Positions 22,745-36,843 are shown, numbered from the stretch's first letter. The stretch is 64,000 nucleotides of DNA from Octopus sinensis (GCF_006345805.1 NC_043002.1:103044001-103108000), one strand, 5' to 3'. The notes: generated by a model not told the origin, from the letters alone. Translations and numbers: made by a program.

Positions 22745-25014
22745 GAAATATGTTATAAAAAGAAAATATAAAATATATATATATGCATATATATATACGT
22801 ATATCCATATCTATCAGTCTTCGTGACATCTTCACTAAGACTATACTACACACACACACACAACACACACACACACACAACATGCTCAGACACAAATACA
22901 TGCACATACACACGCACATTCATATATTCACACATACAGGCACACGCACACACTCAATATCTGTACCGTAATATTATAAGTTCTCAGTTCGCATGATACA
23001 TTTGTATAAACATATGCATATATCTAACTATAACATTGATAGGTCTTTCTTGTGAATCTCACTGGATATTTGCAGCCTAATTACGTGAAAATTACATAAA
23101 TAATACAATTTCTACATATGTTATGTAAGGAATATAAAGTGTAGCTTGATAGACATTTAAGAAGCACTGTAAATATTTAAAATCTAAACGTACATTGACT
23201 TTTTTTTCGGTTTGGGGCCAGATTAAATACAGGTAAAGAGATGTCTTCTATTTAATTGGATTTTCCTGTTTAAAAATTCTCTTTTATGTTATAACTATAA
23301 ATGAAAGAATCTATAAATATATTTACAATTACATTATTAAAATAAAACACTGTTTTACTACGATAAATGGGTGCCAATGTAAGTTTGAACTACATCAGAG
23401 TTGGCAGCTACGCGGTCTCAAAGGAAATATAAATTTGTTGAATTTACTTAAGTTTTAATATATATAGAAATTGTTATAACCGTTTCCTGAAAAGTGTTGC
23501 TATTTTTCATGCGTTGCTATTCTTGTTCTTACTATTCCTGCTGTTTATATCCATTTTAGCCTTGAACCGACAGACCTGCATTGAAAGGCGTCTATTTTGG
23601 ATAACAAGAACAAATTTCCCTAAACTGATCTATATTTTATGATACACTATAATGTGATTTAAGGGTGATTTTGCTACTATGTTTAGCAGACCGTGTGTTA
23701 ATACAGATACCTCTATATAAGTGCAGCGAATCTGTATTTCTCTTCCGAAGCTGTTGTTGTTGTTGTTGATGAAGATTATTATAATAATTGTTATCAAGTG
23801 TGATCTACTACAGTATTCCTGTCTAATTCAGTCTTCACAACTCTCATTGACAGGTTTTCATATTCTAACAACCACACTTTTGCATTTCTATGCTAATTTG
23901 TTGTTGTCGAAATAACCTTTTTTCCCTTCTAAGATAGAAGGCTATCCATAAGAGAATGTGGCTTCTATTTCTCGCACATTGTTCGACCACTTCCATTTCA
24001 TCCCATTAGGTCGTGTTAATTACAGTATTCCAGGTTATTGTTGATGTTATATAATCCGGATTTTCCTATTCCTTCAAGACAGTGGTTAAATTCTTTGTGT
24101 GACCATTCTGTCTTTGCTGACATATTTTATAATTTTAGACTACATCAGTGAATATAGCAGTCGTACTTTATAAACAATAGAACGAAATTTTACTGCTATT
24201 TCTAGCGGGACGAAAAAGCATTTACGTCTCTTTCTTCATTCCTGTTGTTATTTATCTCCAAATCGACTTTAGAAATATCTGTAAGCAAACGAATTCAAAG
24301 TGCACCATCTAGTCTTTTCTGTTGCACACTTACAAGATTAAGTATAACGTTTAAAATATTTTACTGTTATTTCTAGCATATTAGTAAACGTTTGTTGGTT
24401 TAAATCCATTGTGTTGTTTAAAATTTCTTGGAATATTATTAGTTCGATATTGCATAACCAATAATAGGAGAGATTTTGAAGGAATAAAAATATCAAAATA
24501 ATTTCTATTTACGTAAACAACAGAATCAATTTCCATTGATTGGTAACAAGTTAGCTAAATCATTGAACAGAAATCGAATTCTGATTGATAAAATGGTCCT
24601 AGTAAAAACAGGTTCGCAAAATTATCGAAAACACAATCTTTTAAATCTGGAACTAAACAAGATATGTCAAAATGATAAGAAACTTTTGCTTACAAGTGTT
24701 CATCATTTTAAATTCAGTGAAATGTTCTGCTCTGGAATTCCGAGGTGCGGTGTATTTCTTGGGTCTTAAAGGGATAGACGATTTATTACTACGGATGTCT
24801 CAACGGTTTTCCAATTCTACACGCCTTATTAAAACCTGCTTTGACTAGATCTCCAATGCATGAGACTATTAGTACATCCTGGACGTGTGTCCTCGACGAA
24901 ATTTTCGAGACAAAATGGAAAGGAACAATTCTTGGATGAGATCTCTGTGGTAGCATATATATCACGACGTAGATGTTATGTCCAAACTCTTTCCAACCAT
25001 ATCATGATACATTC

Positions 25015-25046
<32 letters not shown>

Positions 25047-25154
25047 TATATATATTATATATATATATATATATATGTGTGTTGCGTACTTCACTAGCAG
25101 TATATTGGATATGTTATCCCATGGAGGGTTGCATTTACAACCCCTATCTCAATT

Positions 25155-25192
<38 letters not shown>

Positions 25193-25214
25193 TGTGTGTC
25201 TGTGTGTGTGGGTG

Positions 25215-25427
25215 CGTGTATATTTGTGTCTTTGTTCATGCACCATCACTTGGTAACCGATGTTGGTGTGTTTACGTCCGCGTAACTTAGCGTTTCGGCA
25301 ATATGAAGCCAATAAAATAAGTACTAGGCTTACAAAGAACAGGTCCTGGGGTCGATTTGTTCGACTAAAGGTTGTGCTCCAACATAGCCGCAGTCAAATG
25401 ACTAAAACAAGAAAAAGAATAAAAGAA
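25215..25427 (+). mobile_element. Family 1 SINE, 3' half (diverged)
   Basis: ACCGATGTTGGTGTGTTTACGTCC...GCCGCAGTCAAATGACT tail. Confidence 0.85.
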
Positions 25428-26109
25428 TATATGAATATTAGCTGACGTAACCTGTAATTCCGGGAAAAGAGTGTTTTATTCCTTGGTTCCGTTCTCATAA
25501 TTTTTTCGGTAATCCAATAACAAGGATACAACGTATGCAGCGCTTAAAACGGTTTATGTGCACTTACAGAGTATGCCGAAATGTCTTACACAGGATCTTT
25601 TTTTTTAAGAATTCCCAATAATTTATAAATATCCAAATTGTAATAACGTTCAATTAGTTACCCGATGGTCAGAATTCAAATACAGTAGCCCCGAAAATGG
25701 CTTTAATGCGTTCCCAGTGTATATAGATCTTGGGAAGAAATACCAATAAGGTATGTATAACAAAATTGAGAAACATGTTACGTAATAACAGGCTAATGGG
25801 ATATGAGATAATAACAATTAATAGTAAATAACTCTGAAAAGAGCTTTTTGTGCGTTTCCAGAGAAGATAACCCTTAGGGGCGTGAAAGTTGAAATAGATT
25901 TACAATCAATGTAGAAACAGATTGACATTTAGTGTTACAGTAGACATACAAATACATTTGTATGTAGATTTTAAAATAAAATAACATGGAGATTATCGAA
26001 ACGTTTACAACACTTACAAATATTACAGTTAAAAAATAAATACCTGATCATTTGGTGAATCCTATTCAGTTTGCAGAGCTTCTTCGTAAACGACATTTTT
26101 GTTCTTTCC

Positions 26110-27035
26110 TTGTGGGGCAAAAAAAGCAAATGATTTGGATTGCCGACATTTCAGGATCCCACAAAATGTTGACCATGGCAGAAAACTGGCCCCACAAGGT
26201 TCAGACCTAACACATTCAAGGACTGTCCCTTGGCCTTGTTAATGTTCTTTGCAAAGCTCAGTTTCAACCGGAATAGCGGGCTCTTCTACTGGAAAGATAT
26301 ATCCGAGGGAATAAGTGGAATTCTAGCAAAGAATTCAAGCTTACAGCTTGCTTTAGTAGTCAAACATTTTGTCTCGGAAACTGTTGGCATCGTCTTCTTT
26401 TTCTAAGTCTTGTGTCATTGCAAACTTTGGTGGATCGAGGCTTCGAAGCAGAGTAACTGCTACCCCAATCTTGAAGTGGAAATTGTGATGTGGGTGGCCG
26501 GGCGGTGATAGACTATTCAAGAATTCAACTGAATAATTCACAGCTTCATCGGTGTTGAGTAGAGTGTCTATGAAATTGTAGATGTGACGCTCACCTGGCA
26601 ACTGTTCCAGAAGTGTAAAGTTCAAATCATTAACAGCCACATTCTTTGGAGCTAAAATGGCACGAGTTGTCAGCCAGTTGTGGTCTGTAAACTGATTCCT
26701 CAGATGCCATATGTCCAAAATTCAAGCTTATCAGGCATTCCTTCTTCCAACCGAAGTACCATTACCAACGTCCAACAATTGCTTTGAAAAGGTTCTATCT
26801 GCATTATGACCACTGAGCTGCACGCTTATGTTGGTTGTTTTAGCTTTTGTGCACTGCTGCACAGGTGGGACGATATTATACTGGCATTCTCCTCATCAGC
26901 TCTTGACCCCTTTGGAACCACGGGAAGAATTTGTCTAAAGTCTCCTGTAAGCAAGACTGTGGTAACTCTTATAAGCCTGGTGCTGTGTCTCAGATCCTGA
27001 AGTAACTTACCGCGCGTACATTTAGTGGTCCTCAC
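26110..27035 (-). mobile_element. Helitron PIF1-like helicase pseudogene fragment
   Basis: LLTGDFRQILPVVPKGSRADE; FSKQLLDVGNG; RAILAPKNVAVNDLN...LPGE...EFLNSLSPPGHPHH...LLRSLDPP; RIPLIPSD...SFAKNINKAKGQSL...PVFCHGQ. Stops and frameshifts present. Confidence 0.92.
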
Positions 27036-27824
27036 AAGTTTCATATACACATATATATATTAATGAAATATGCATCAAAAACAACAAAACGGATAGACAG
27101 AGCAGGTGCGTAATTCTTCATCTTATACTGCTCACTCATGGCTCGTCACTAATCTTCCTATCTCTGAGTTTTTGCCACCGGACACCAAGCGTGTCGGTCA
27201 GTTTTCTCCTAAATTGTTAATACTCTTATTTTTATATCTATTAGAGAATATCTTCAAGACGTTATCCATCACTGCTGTGTTTCGCCGAAAGGCTTTATTT
27301 ATCGTCTTCATCTATTGTTTCATATCATATTTGTTTACCTTCGTACGTCCATTGTTCGAGCCCTAAATTCTACGCAAATCTTGCAGGTGACGCCGATATA
27401 CGAAGTTAACGGTTTTATCGTGAAAGGCACGAAACTAAGTATTAGTATTTTTGGTCGATAACTGATTAAGTATTACGGCCCTTCTGTGTATATCTTACGT
27501 GTACGCTTTGCAGTGTTTAATGCATTTTCATTTATTGAGTAACTGACCGCCACGCATGCCCTTCCACTGAAAAATTACGTAATTTTTTTTAGTCACATAA
27601 GGAATGACTTTCATAAACCAGACTTGTAGAAGCGCTGGTAAGAAGCACAGTATTAAATTGGAGCTTGTTCAATATTGTTTTATGTGTCGAAAAGCGTATA
27701 AAATAAAATTTTTAAAATCCTCGAGAAATATTCCAGTAAAGTTCTCAAATATTTTCAAATAATCTTCATTCCCACCAAGACAGAAAATATGAATACACCC
27801 GTATAAATATATGTGTTCGTATGG

Positions 27825-27884
<60 letters not shown>

Positions 27885-27896
<12 letters not shown>

Positions 27897-28846
27897 GAAA
27901 AATACAAACTGGGACAAGAACGTAAAACATTTAAAAGACGATACAAAAAAACACGGACGGGACATTCGAGGCCTTCAATCTTCAGTCAAGAACCGGATCA
28001 TACTCGCAATTTCGGTGATTAAACTTGAGATCGCTCCGATCTGGCCAGCCCCAAGGAAAAACTAAGCTACGAGCATTAGATTTCTTGGAAAAGGATCGAA
28101 TTTATACGAAACAAGGACAGAAAAACGGACGATACCACACAAATATAAATACAAAAAACAATAATAGTAATAACAGGACAAAAACAGCGGGTGTCTTAAG
28201 ACTAAGACAGTACAGCTTAGTTTAGCTGGCGTATTTGGAAAAAAAAATGCCTTTTTCGGCAGACGAAGAGAACGATGTTCTCGTGGCGCTGGTTAGAAGC
28301 CGAAAGGCTGGTTGACCAGCGGTCACGTGAGAGGAGAAGAGAGAGAAAAAAAAACGGGGCAAAGGAATCAAAGAGGGAGAGAAAAAAGAGGGACGAAGGC
28401 ACCAAAGGGGGGAGGAGAGAGAGAAATAAGGAATTAAAGAGGGGAGAAGAAAGAGAGCGTGCCAAGGATTGGGTTGGCGACAGAATCAGTGAGGTGCAAA
28501 GTGAGAAAGACAGGGAAATATGAGAGAGTGGGGGAAGAGTAGACCAAAGAATCAGAGGCAAGAAAAGAGAAAAGGAGGAGGAGAAGTAGAGAGGGAGAGC
28601 GCGAGAGAGAGAGCGCGAGAGAGAGAAAGAGACAGATCAAAGTAGAGTGCAAAGGGTGAAAGGCAGAGAAATGTAGGAGTGAGAGAACGTGTCATAGAGT
28701 CGTACCAAATTTAAAGGAATATGTACTTACATACAAGACCAAAGAGGGTACGGGCGTCGCTATATATATTATATGTAGAAAAATACAAACTGGGACAAGA
28801 ACGTAAAACATTTAGAAGACGATACAAAAAACGTAAAAAATTTAGA

Positions 28847-28850
<4 letters not shown>
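27885..28850. mobile_element. (TA)n-embedded ~1-kb element with direct terminal repeat (Penelope pLTR-like)
   Basis: TATTATATGTAGAAAAATACAAACTGGGACAAGAACGTAAAACATTTA(A/G)AAGACGATACAAAAAA at ~27885-27950 and ~28766-28830; purine-rich interior. Confidence 0.55.
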
Positions 28851-28889
<39 letters not shown>

Positions 28890-28912
28890 TATATATATAT
28901 GTTCGTATGATC

Positions 28913-28962
<50 letters not shown>

Positions 28963-29329
28963 CATTCTACAGTCATTTGACTGGCCATATAGGATATTTT
29001 TATCACATAAAAAGAAACAGAAGCATGTGGTTTTTAAATCACATGCGTTTCGGCACTAATGTAAGGATATTCTTCGATTGAACATTCTGATAGACAGCGA
29101 TCAATATTAAGCAGACATGTCTCTTATCTGCATTCCATATCACGACGATTCATTCCTCACAGATTGTAAAATATTTTTTATCGTTTTCATATATTTATAC
29201 GCATTTCTTCGCGCGCACGCGCCTGTGTGAGCTTATATGTGTGTATGTTTGTGTGTGTGAGTGTGTGTGTATCCTTATGCATATTTATATTTACATACCT
29301 ACTTTTATCTGAATAATCATACATATATA

Positions 29330-29475
29330 CTCTTTTTCTCTTTTACTCTTTTACTTGTTTCAGTCATTGACTGCGGCCATGCTGGAGCACCGCCTTTAGT
29401 CGAGCAAATCAACCCCGGGACTTATTCTTTGTAAGCCCAGTACTTATTCTATCGGTCTCTTTTGCCGAACCGCTA
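29330..29475 (-). mobile_element. Family 1 SINE 3' fragment
   Basis: Matches the tail at 7262-7395. Confidence 0.9.
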
Positions 29476-29705
29476 TATACATGCATTTGTCTTTATAAAT
29501 GGTTATATGCTAACCCATAATACCACGATATATTCACTTCATCCAAGTTTACCGTTGCAATAAATTTCACAAATATGTAAACATTATACGTATAAAGAAA
29601 CAGCCATTCTTACGCATCTACGTAAACACACATTCACCCATAAATAAGAATTCATATGCGTATTTGTAGACATAGATGTACATACCTACATATTTACATA
29701 TATCT

Positions 29706-29938
29706 GTTTCTTTACTACCCACAAGGGGCTAAACACAGAGGGGACAAAGAAGGAGAGAGAAAGGAATTAAGTTGATTATATCGACCCCAGTGCGTAACTG
29801 GTTACTTAATTTATCGACCCCGAAAGGATGAAATGCAAAGTCGACCTCGGCGGAATTTGAACTCAAAACGTAACAGCAGACGAAATACGGCTACGCATTT
29901 CGTCCGACGTGCTAACGTTTCTGCCCGCTCGCCGCCTT
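29706..29938 (-). mobile_element. Family 2 SINE, long-tail type, full length
   Basis: Reverse complement of head, B-box, core and AGCCCCTTGTGGGTAGTAAAGAAA tail. Confidence 0.92.
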
Positions 29939-30869
29939 ATATTTACATATATCTCTCTCTCTCTCATACATACATTCAAACACAAATATACGTAATTGGA
30001 TACACATACACACATGCACACACGAACATACAGACACACAGACACACACACACATATATTTGTTAATAACACATATGGTCTTTATATTAACAATTTTATT
30101 TTCTATATTATACGTTCACTATTGAACAAAAACTTTTCAGTTGTCACCAAAAAATTCAAAGACTCATTAACTAGGTAATTGCGAGTGTTTTGGAATATCT
30201 CTTCTGTCTATAGAATTTTAGTGTCATAACTGCCAATTAATGTCAACGCACGGTTTCATGTTAATAATCTAGCACAGGAGAGGTAAAACATTAAACTACC
30301 AATTATCGGTCATGGGGGAAGTAAGGCTCGGTCTCCTTTGAACCAGAGGCCTGAAACGCCACAACCAGCGTTCTTATAAAATCCAGAACGATTCCTATTG
30401 ATGGAATGTCTCATTAAACAAATCAACGAAACACAAACCTGATGCAGTATTTTCAGGCGCTTATCTATCTACAAGTCTGCTTCTCCATTGATATGCGTCC
30501 CATGATCGCTGTAATGCTATTATTTGGCTTTATTATTATTTTACTTCAATAATTCTGGAAGGTTATTAGCCAGAATCCAGTCGGTGGTATTAAATAACAT
30601 TTATCAGACAAAAATAACAACAACGACAGAAAAAAATATAACTAATTATGTATGCATGATTATATATGCAAGAGCTATATGAAAAGCTGCAAACACTATT
30701 TCTAATATGCTCCTATAATGATTTTAAGGATGCATGCACTTATTGGAAAACCTACTGCAGGAATACTTCTGTATATTATTTGTAAAATGTATGTAGCCAG
30801 ACATATGGATCTGGATCAAGCACAAAATATGTGCACAACAATGGAAATTAGCTCTTATTGACCTCTAAG

Positions 30870-31020
30870 AACACGCGGTTTTCTTTTTCCCCGTGTTCCT
30901 TTCTGTTGAAGAGCATAGGCCCGAAACGTAACAGACTTTCTCACCTTCCCGAGCGTCAAACTAATACAGCCGCTTGTTGTTTATACACCTGTCTACGTCT
31001 TTTGTTTTTCTGTAAATTTC
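30870..31020 (+). mobile_element. Penelope pLTR-like element with HHR-like motif (CTGTTGA variant)
   Basis: CTGTTGA (30903-30909)-AGAGCATAGGCCC-GAAAC-GTA; downstream GAGCGT..ACTAATACA..CACCTGTCT shared with the 50.4 and 63.1 kb copies. Confidence 0.55.
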
Positions 31021-31737
31021 TTCTATATGTATATATGAGTGAGTGTGTGAATGTCTGTAAATGTTTATACATGAGTATACACACGTTTGTGTATTGCTTG
31101 TAATTGTGAATCGTCGTAGGAAATATGAGTTTTAGGAGCAGTGGTAAACATCTTAAGATCCCGTTGACTGTCTCCTCATTTATTTCAATTATCAATTTAG
31201 AGGCCATTACCTGTTGATGGTACATCATCAGTTCTGTCAGCTTTCAGAAGGATAAACTCAGGATTTCGAAAAGTATTACAGCTCTGTGCAAACAATAGCA
31301 ATTACTACCTACATAGTAATATTTTCAGTTGAATTTAGGGGAAATATATTGATCCAATAATGATTTCTCGTACGACTCTGCTATAAAGAAAATTTATATT
31401 CAATGATTTCCGCTTCTGTTTGATACGTTTTTATTGTTGAAACAAAACAAATTTAATCTAAATTTTGTCAAACTCTTGATCATTTCTTCGGAATCGCCTC
31501 AGGCAAGACGTTTTCGTTTTCAAATATAAATTGATGGCCAAATTTTATACAACATCATTTGTGTTTATATACATATAAATATTCATGCACGTCTCTTAGG
31601 TTTCCGTGTTCTACCTCTCCTTCTCTCTCTCCCTCTCTTTCTATGTATATACACACAGACACACTCGTACACACGTGTAAACACACACATTTACATTTAT
31701 AAAGAAACACAAACACACACACACACAACACACACAT

Positions 31738-32128
31738 ACTCTTTACTCTTTTACTTGTTTCAGTCATTTACTGCGGCCATGCTGGAGCACAGCAAATCGA
31801 CCCCGGGACTTATTCTTTGTAAGTCCAGTATTTATTCTATCGGGCTCTTCTGCCGAACCGCTAGGTGACGGGGACGTAAACACACCAGCATCGGTTGTCA
31901 AGCAATGCTAGGGGGACAAACACAGACACACAAACACACACATATATATATATACACATACATACGACAGGCTTCTTTCAGTTTCCGTCTACCAAATCCA
32001 CTCACAAGGCATTGGTCGGCCCGGGGCTATAGCAGAAGACACTTGCCCAAGATGCCACGCAGTGGGACTGAACCCGAAACCATGTGGTTGGTAAGCAAGC
32101 TACTTACCACACAGGCACTCCTGCGCCT
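31738..32128 (-). mobile_element. Family 1 SINE, near full length
   Basis: Highly similar to 7262-7660. Confidence 0.92.
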
Positions 32129-32132
32129 ATAT

Positions 32133-32298
32133 AGGTATATAGGATATGTCTTATACAGAGATCCTAACTCTGCTATGGACAAACTTTTGTTATACATATT
32201 TATGATTCTTTGTCTATACGTCCTACTGTCTCTCATTCTCTCTTTCATTACACATGTCTATACACGTACATATATACATACATATACATGTAGACACA

Positions 32299-32359
<61 letters not shown>

Positions 32360-33171
32360 TATATATATATACATATATATACACGCATATACAGATGTAT
32401 ACATATATATGCGTATGTAAATCTATATATCTATATCTAACTCCCTACTTTTCTCTCTCTCTCTATATATATATATTCGCCATGATGGACTGATGAAATC
32501 AAGTGGATTTTTCACTCTCTCAGCCCCTCTGTTTATTTTTGCTTTTAGCTTCAGTCAAAGGATTGCGGCCATGCTGGGATTGCGGCATTTTCTTTTGATA
32601 AACGTTCAGTAAACCTCCTCTGATATGTGACATTTGGTAGACGAAGGGGTTTGACGTTGCTGCCCTCATCTGTGTTTCTTGCCTAGAAGTAGATTCATCC
32701 GGAACTCTTGAGAGAATTAGAGCTAATTTTCTTTTGAAATCGCCGACGTCAACACAATGGATGGATCTCAGATTTTGTGGGAGGATACTGAAGAGTCGTG
32801 GGCTTTTGAAGGCTAAGTTCTTGCAGTATCTGATAGCAATGTCGGGACCTATATATATGACCAAATAATATATAAACAACCAGATAGTCATATGTCTTTC
32901 TTGCTGCATATACCTTTTACAAATTCACTGATAAAGGCATTACATGTCGATAAACATTTTAGTATTACCAATGAGTAATTGATAAACTCGCAGCCGTTGC
33001 CGAAGAAGGTATATAGGATATGTCTTATACAGAGATCCTAACTCTGCCTATGGACAACATTTGATATACATATTTATGATTCTTCTGTCCTCATTCTCTC
33101 TTTCGTTACACATGCCTATACAAATACATATATACATACATATACATATAGACACACACACACCACACCCA

Positions 33172-33241
<70 letters not shown>

Positions 33242-33323
33242 CATACATATATATACACGCATATACAGATGTATGCATATATATGCGTATGTAAATCTAT
33301 ATATCTATATCTAACTCCCTACT

Positions 33324-33360
<37 letters not shown>
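32133..33360 (+). repeat. ~345-bp local direct repeat (32133-32476 and 33007-33360)
   Basis: AGGTATATAGGATATGTCTTATACAGAGATCCTAACTCTG...CTAACTCCCTACTTTTCTCTC occurs in both copies. Confidence 0.9.
32515..32870 (-). mobile_element. 3' end of a CR1/L2-group LINE
   Basis: KNLAFKSPRLFSILPQNLRSIHCVDVGDFKRKLALILSRVPDE...RAATSN resembles the GPxLFNxLP...FKxKLDxxLxxVPDEP C-terminus; clade assignment tentative. Confidence 0.7.
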
Positions 33361-33389
<29 letters not shown>

Positions 33390-33938
33390 CGCAGCGAGAG
33401 AACGAGGGAGAGAGGGATGTATTTCCGTCAATGTGTGAGTATGTACGTGTACAGATTCCAAAATAGAGAGCCGCAAGAAAAATATAAGTGGCAAGTCATA
33501 ATCACCATTATTTTCAAAATTATGGTATTTTTACTCTCAATTTTACTATGGTAATAGACCAATAATTTAGAGATAATCCGCCAGATATATCATTAGATGC
33601 TATAAAATTGTCAAATGATGTCTTGAAGTTGCGCTTCTGTTTTGACCTTAAGTAGAACAGGGTTCATATTCGCTCCCCGCATAGATTATAGCAAATATTT
33701 TGAGACCGATATTTATGGCCTATATTGCGTGTATATGAGCGTGTGTGTGTGTGTGTTGTGTAAGTGAGCTTGAACAAACTGATACATAAATATATAGATG
33801 CATAAATGCACACATATGTACACGCATATCAACACATATACACACATATATATGGCCAAAGATATCTATATATAGATACACATAGATTTTTTTAAAATTT
33901 GCGCTATGTGAATGTGTATACGTATAATCTACTTATGC

Positions 33939-33996
<58 letters not shown>

Positions 33997-34216
33997 ATTG
34001 ATATATATGCAGATATATATGCATATACGTATACATATATATATATATTATATATATATATATACATATATAACACACATACACACTTACACAACATATA
34101 TATATACTTATGTATGAAACATATATAGAATATACTTTGCGCTTATGTACACACTGAAATATATCCGTATATATATAATTCTTATATAATGTATTAATAT
34201 ATATATATATATATAT

Positions 34217-34264
<48 letters not shown>

Positions 34265-34418
34265 ACACATATATCGCACATTAAAAAATATTTCCAGACA
34301 TTTGTCATGATTAAACATCGGATAACAGTAAACATTACTGAAAATAACGTGTTTATTATCAAATTGAACATGAATAACAATACAAACAAACCAGAGACAA
34401 ACAAGCATAACAACAATA

Positions 34419-34463
<45 letters not shown>

Positions 34464-34498
34464 ATATACATATATATACATACATACATATATATATA

Positions 34499-34531
<33 letters not shown>

Positions 34532-34938
34532 CATACGTACTTATATATATATATAATATATATATATACAGAGACAGACAGAGAGAGACAGAGAGATGGG
34601 GGTTGATATGTGCATAAATAAAAAGGATAATATCGTCTTTGTTAAGCACTAATTAAAATGAAAGTTGAAGATTTATTAGCAAATATAGAAATATAATGGT
34701 ATCTATATGGTAGTCTGTTTGGAACACAATAAAATGACAGTGAATCTCTCCCGGGAACAGTTTTCGCCTCTTCATTTCATTTGCCTTGAAGGATTAAATT
34801 ATTTCATTTATAGAAAAGTTGATATTCCGTTCGGAAATTCTTGCTGCACTGAATCATATTGACGTCAACCATTTTGGAAATTGGAAAGTTATCCTCTAAA
34901 ACCTACTGAACATTCGGAAAGACTCGAGATAACAATAT

Positions 34939-34976
<38 letters not shown>

Positions 34977-35024
34977 GTATCATGCATATGTATATTCGTA
35001 TATATATATATATGTGTGTGTGTG

Positions 35025-35055
<31 letters not shown>

Positions 35056-35639
35056 TTGTGTATGTGCTTATGTATGAATATGCATATAGTTATATGTATG
35101 AGAGTGCGAGTGTTGGTATCCATCCAAGTGAAATTACAATTCTAAATTTTCTCATGGAATGTGTTTTAAAGCTTCCACTTGAAGCAATTGTTTCCTATTT
35201 TGGCACAAGGCCAGGCATATCGTGGATCGTCTAATGTCGATGACCTCTACCAAAGTGCTTCAGTGTTTCTTATTTTATCCGAGAGGTTGATACAGCAAAT
35301 CAACCGCGACAGCATTTGGATCCAGCACGTGAAGTCAGAAGCCATACTTCGAAGCTTATTCGGGAACTCACAAGCGATTCTACAGGCTCGCTACCCTCAT
35401 TTCATTGAAATATTGCTTTCTGCTATAGGAACAATGCTTATAAGTTTGGAGGCTGCGTAAATAGATTGTATCAAAGTCAGTGCACAACTTGAATTTTTTT
35501 CTGTTTCACTATGCAGGAATAAAACTGGCATAATTTAATTTCGGATAGAATTCTACTCGTTTTGCACAGCGTGTTAGCGTTCAATTATTTGAAATATACC
35601 TTTCCATCTAAGTCATATGACTTGAAATTTTAGAGTTGA

Positions 35640-35800
35640 GGAGGGAAGGGGTAATCGATTAAATCAACCCTAGTGCATGACTGGTACGTATTTTATCCAA
35701 TCCGAAATGCTGAATGTCTAAATCGCGATCGGTGAATTTGAACTCATAATCTTAGGACGGATAAAATGCTGTAAGCATTTTTCTCGGCTGCCTTAGATAT
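35640..35800 (-). mobile_element. Old family 2 SINE remnant
   Basis: Degenerate B-box (GAGTTCAAATT) and core. Confidence 0.6.
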
Positions 35801-36799
35801 TATGTCAGTGCGTGTGTGAGGGTGCGCGCGCGTGCATATATATATATATTTATATGGAAGAAAGGTAGGAGTTATCTCCCCTGATTGCAATATATACCGG
35901 GTGCAGATTTCTTCGAGTACCCTTCTCAATTCTAATGAATCGACCCGACTACAATTTTTAAGGTGCTACTTATTTTTATCGGTGAATTTTGCCGAACCGC
36001 AACCTTACAGAGGCGTCAACACACCGAATGGGACATAAGAATAAGAACTCGGGGCGATTTATTCGACCAAAACCCTTTAAGGCAGTGCCCCAGCGTGGAC
36101 GCACATCACAAGCTGAAACAAGTATATGTTAAAAGGTAATTGCGTGGTGATCCTTCTATTATGATTGTTTTTGAAGAGCACAAGAATTATTGTATTCTAA
36201 CTCAATGATAGATCCATGCTCGGTTGCAGTTGAAATGCAACACGAGGGGCACTGGGTGTTTGAGCTGTGTGCGGGGTCAGAGTATTTGCAGTGTAGATTT
36301 ATTAATGTTATATGTATGAGCACCCAGAAAGAGAATATCAACTAATAATAAAAACCAAAAAAAAAAAAAATATCACAGCAATTTAGATGGTTCTATTCCC
36401 TATCGGCACAACATTTTCCCAATCTAAATTGTATAGCAGTTGCTTTGAAATACCGTTGTGTAAAACTTGTATGTAGAGCGAATGTAGTTAACGCCAGTGT
36501 GTATAAAGGTTCTACATCGATGTAGAAGTTGTGCATAAGTCATTAATGAACATAACTTCAAGCGAGACATTGAACGTGGGTCTAGTTTTTCATTAGCCAG
36601 GAACTTACGATTCGCTTTGAGGCAATCGCTATATTTTACATTATCTATTAATATCATCAAATCGACTTCCCTACTTGCTATTTCTGCTTGTAATATAAAA
36701 TTTTTATTTTCTCATGCAGCAACTTTGCTCTATAAATACGTACGCACATAGGTGACTGTGTCTGGTGTATGTATGTATGTATTTAGGTATCTCTCTCTA

Positions 36800-36843
<44 letters not shown>

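Noticed and set aside
27961-28040. Hammerhead on the minus strand (CTGAAGA with TCAAG/CTTGA helix)
   Set aside because: The GAAA/helix III element lies upstream in a non-canonical order and no helix II closes; not called.
33899-34649. YI/HT/CV-rich ORFs here and throughout the window
   Set aside because: Translations of (TA)n and (CA)n dinucleotide repeats.
35180-35460. 93-aa ORF or mariner remnant
   Set aside because: Only faint motif resemblance on the minus strand; unsupported.
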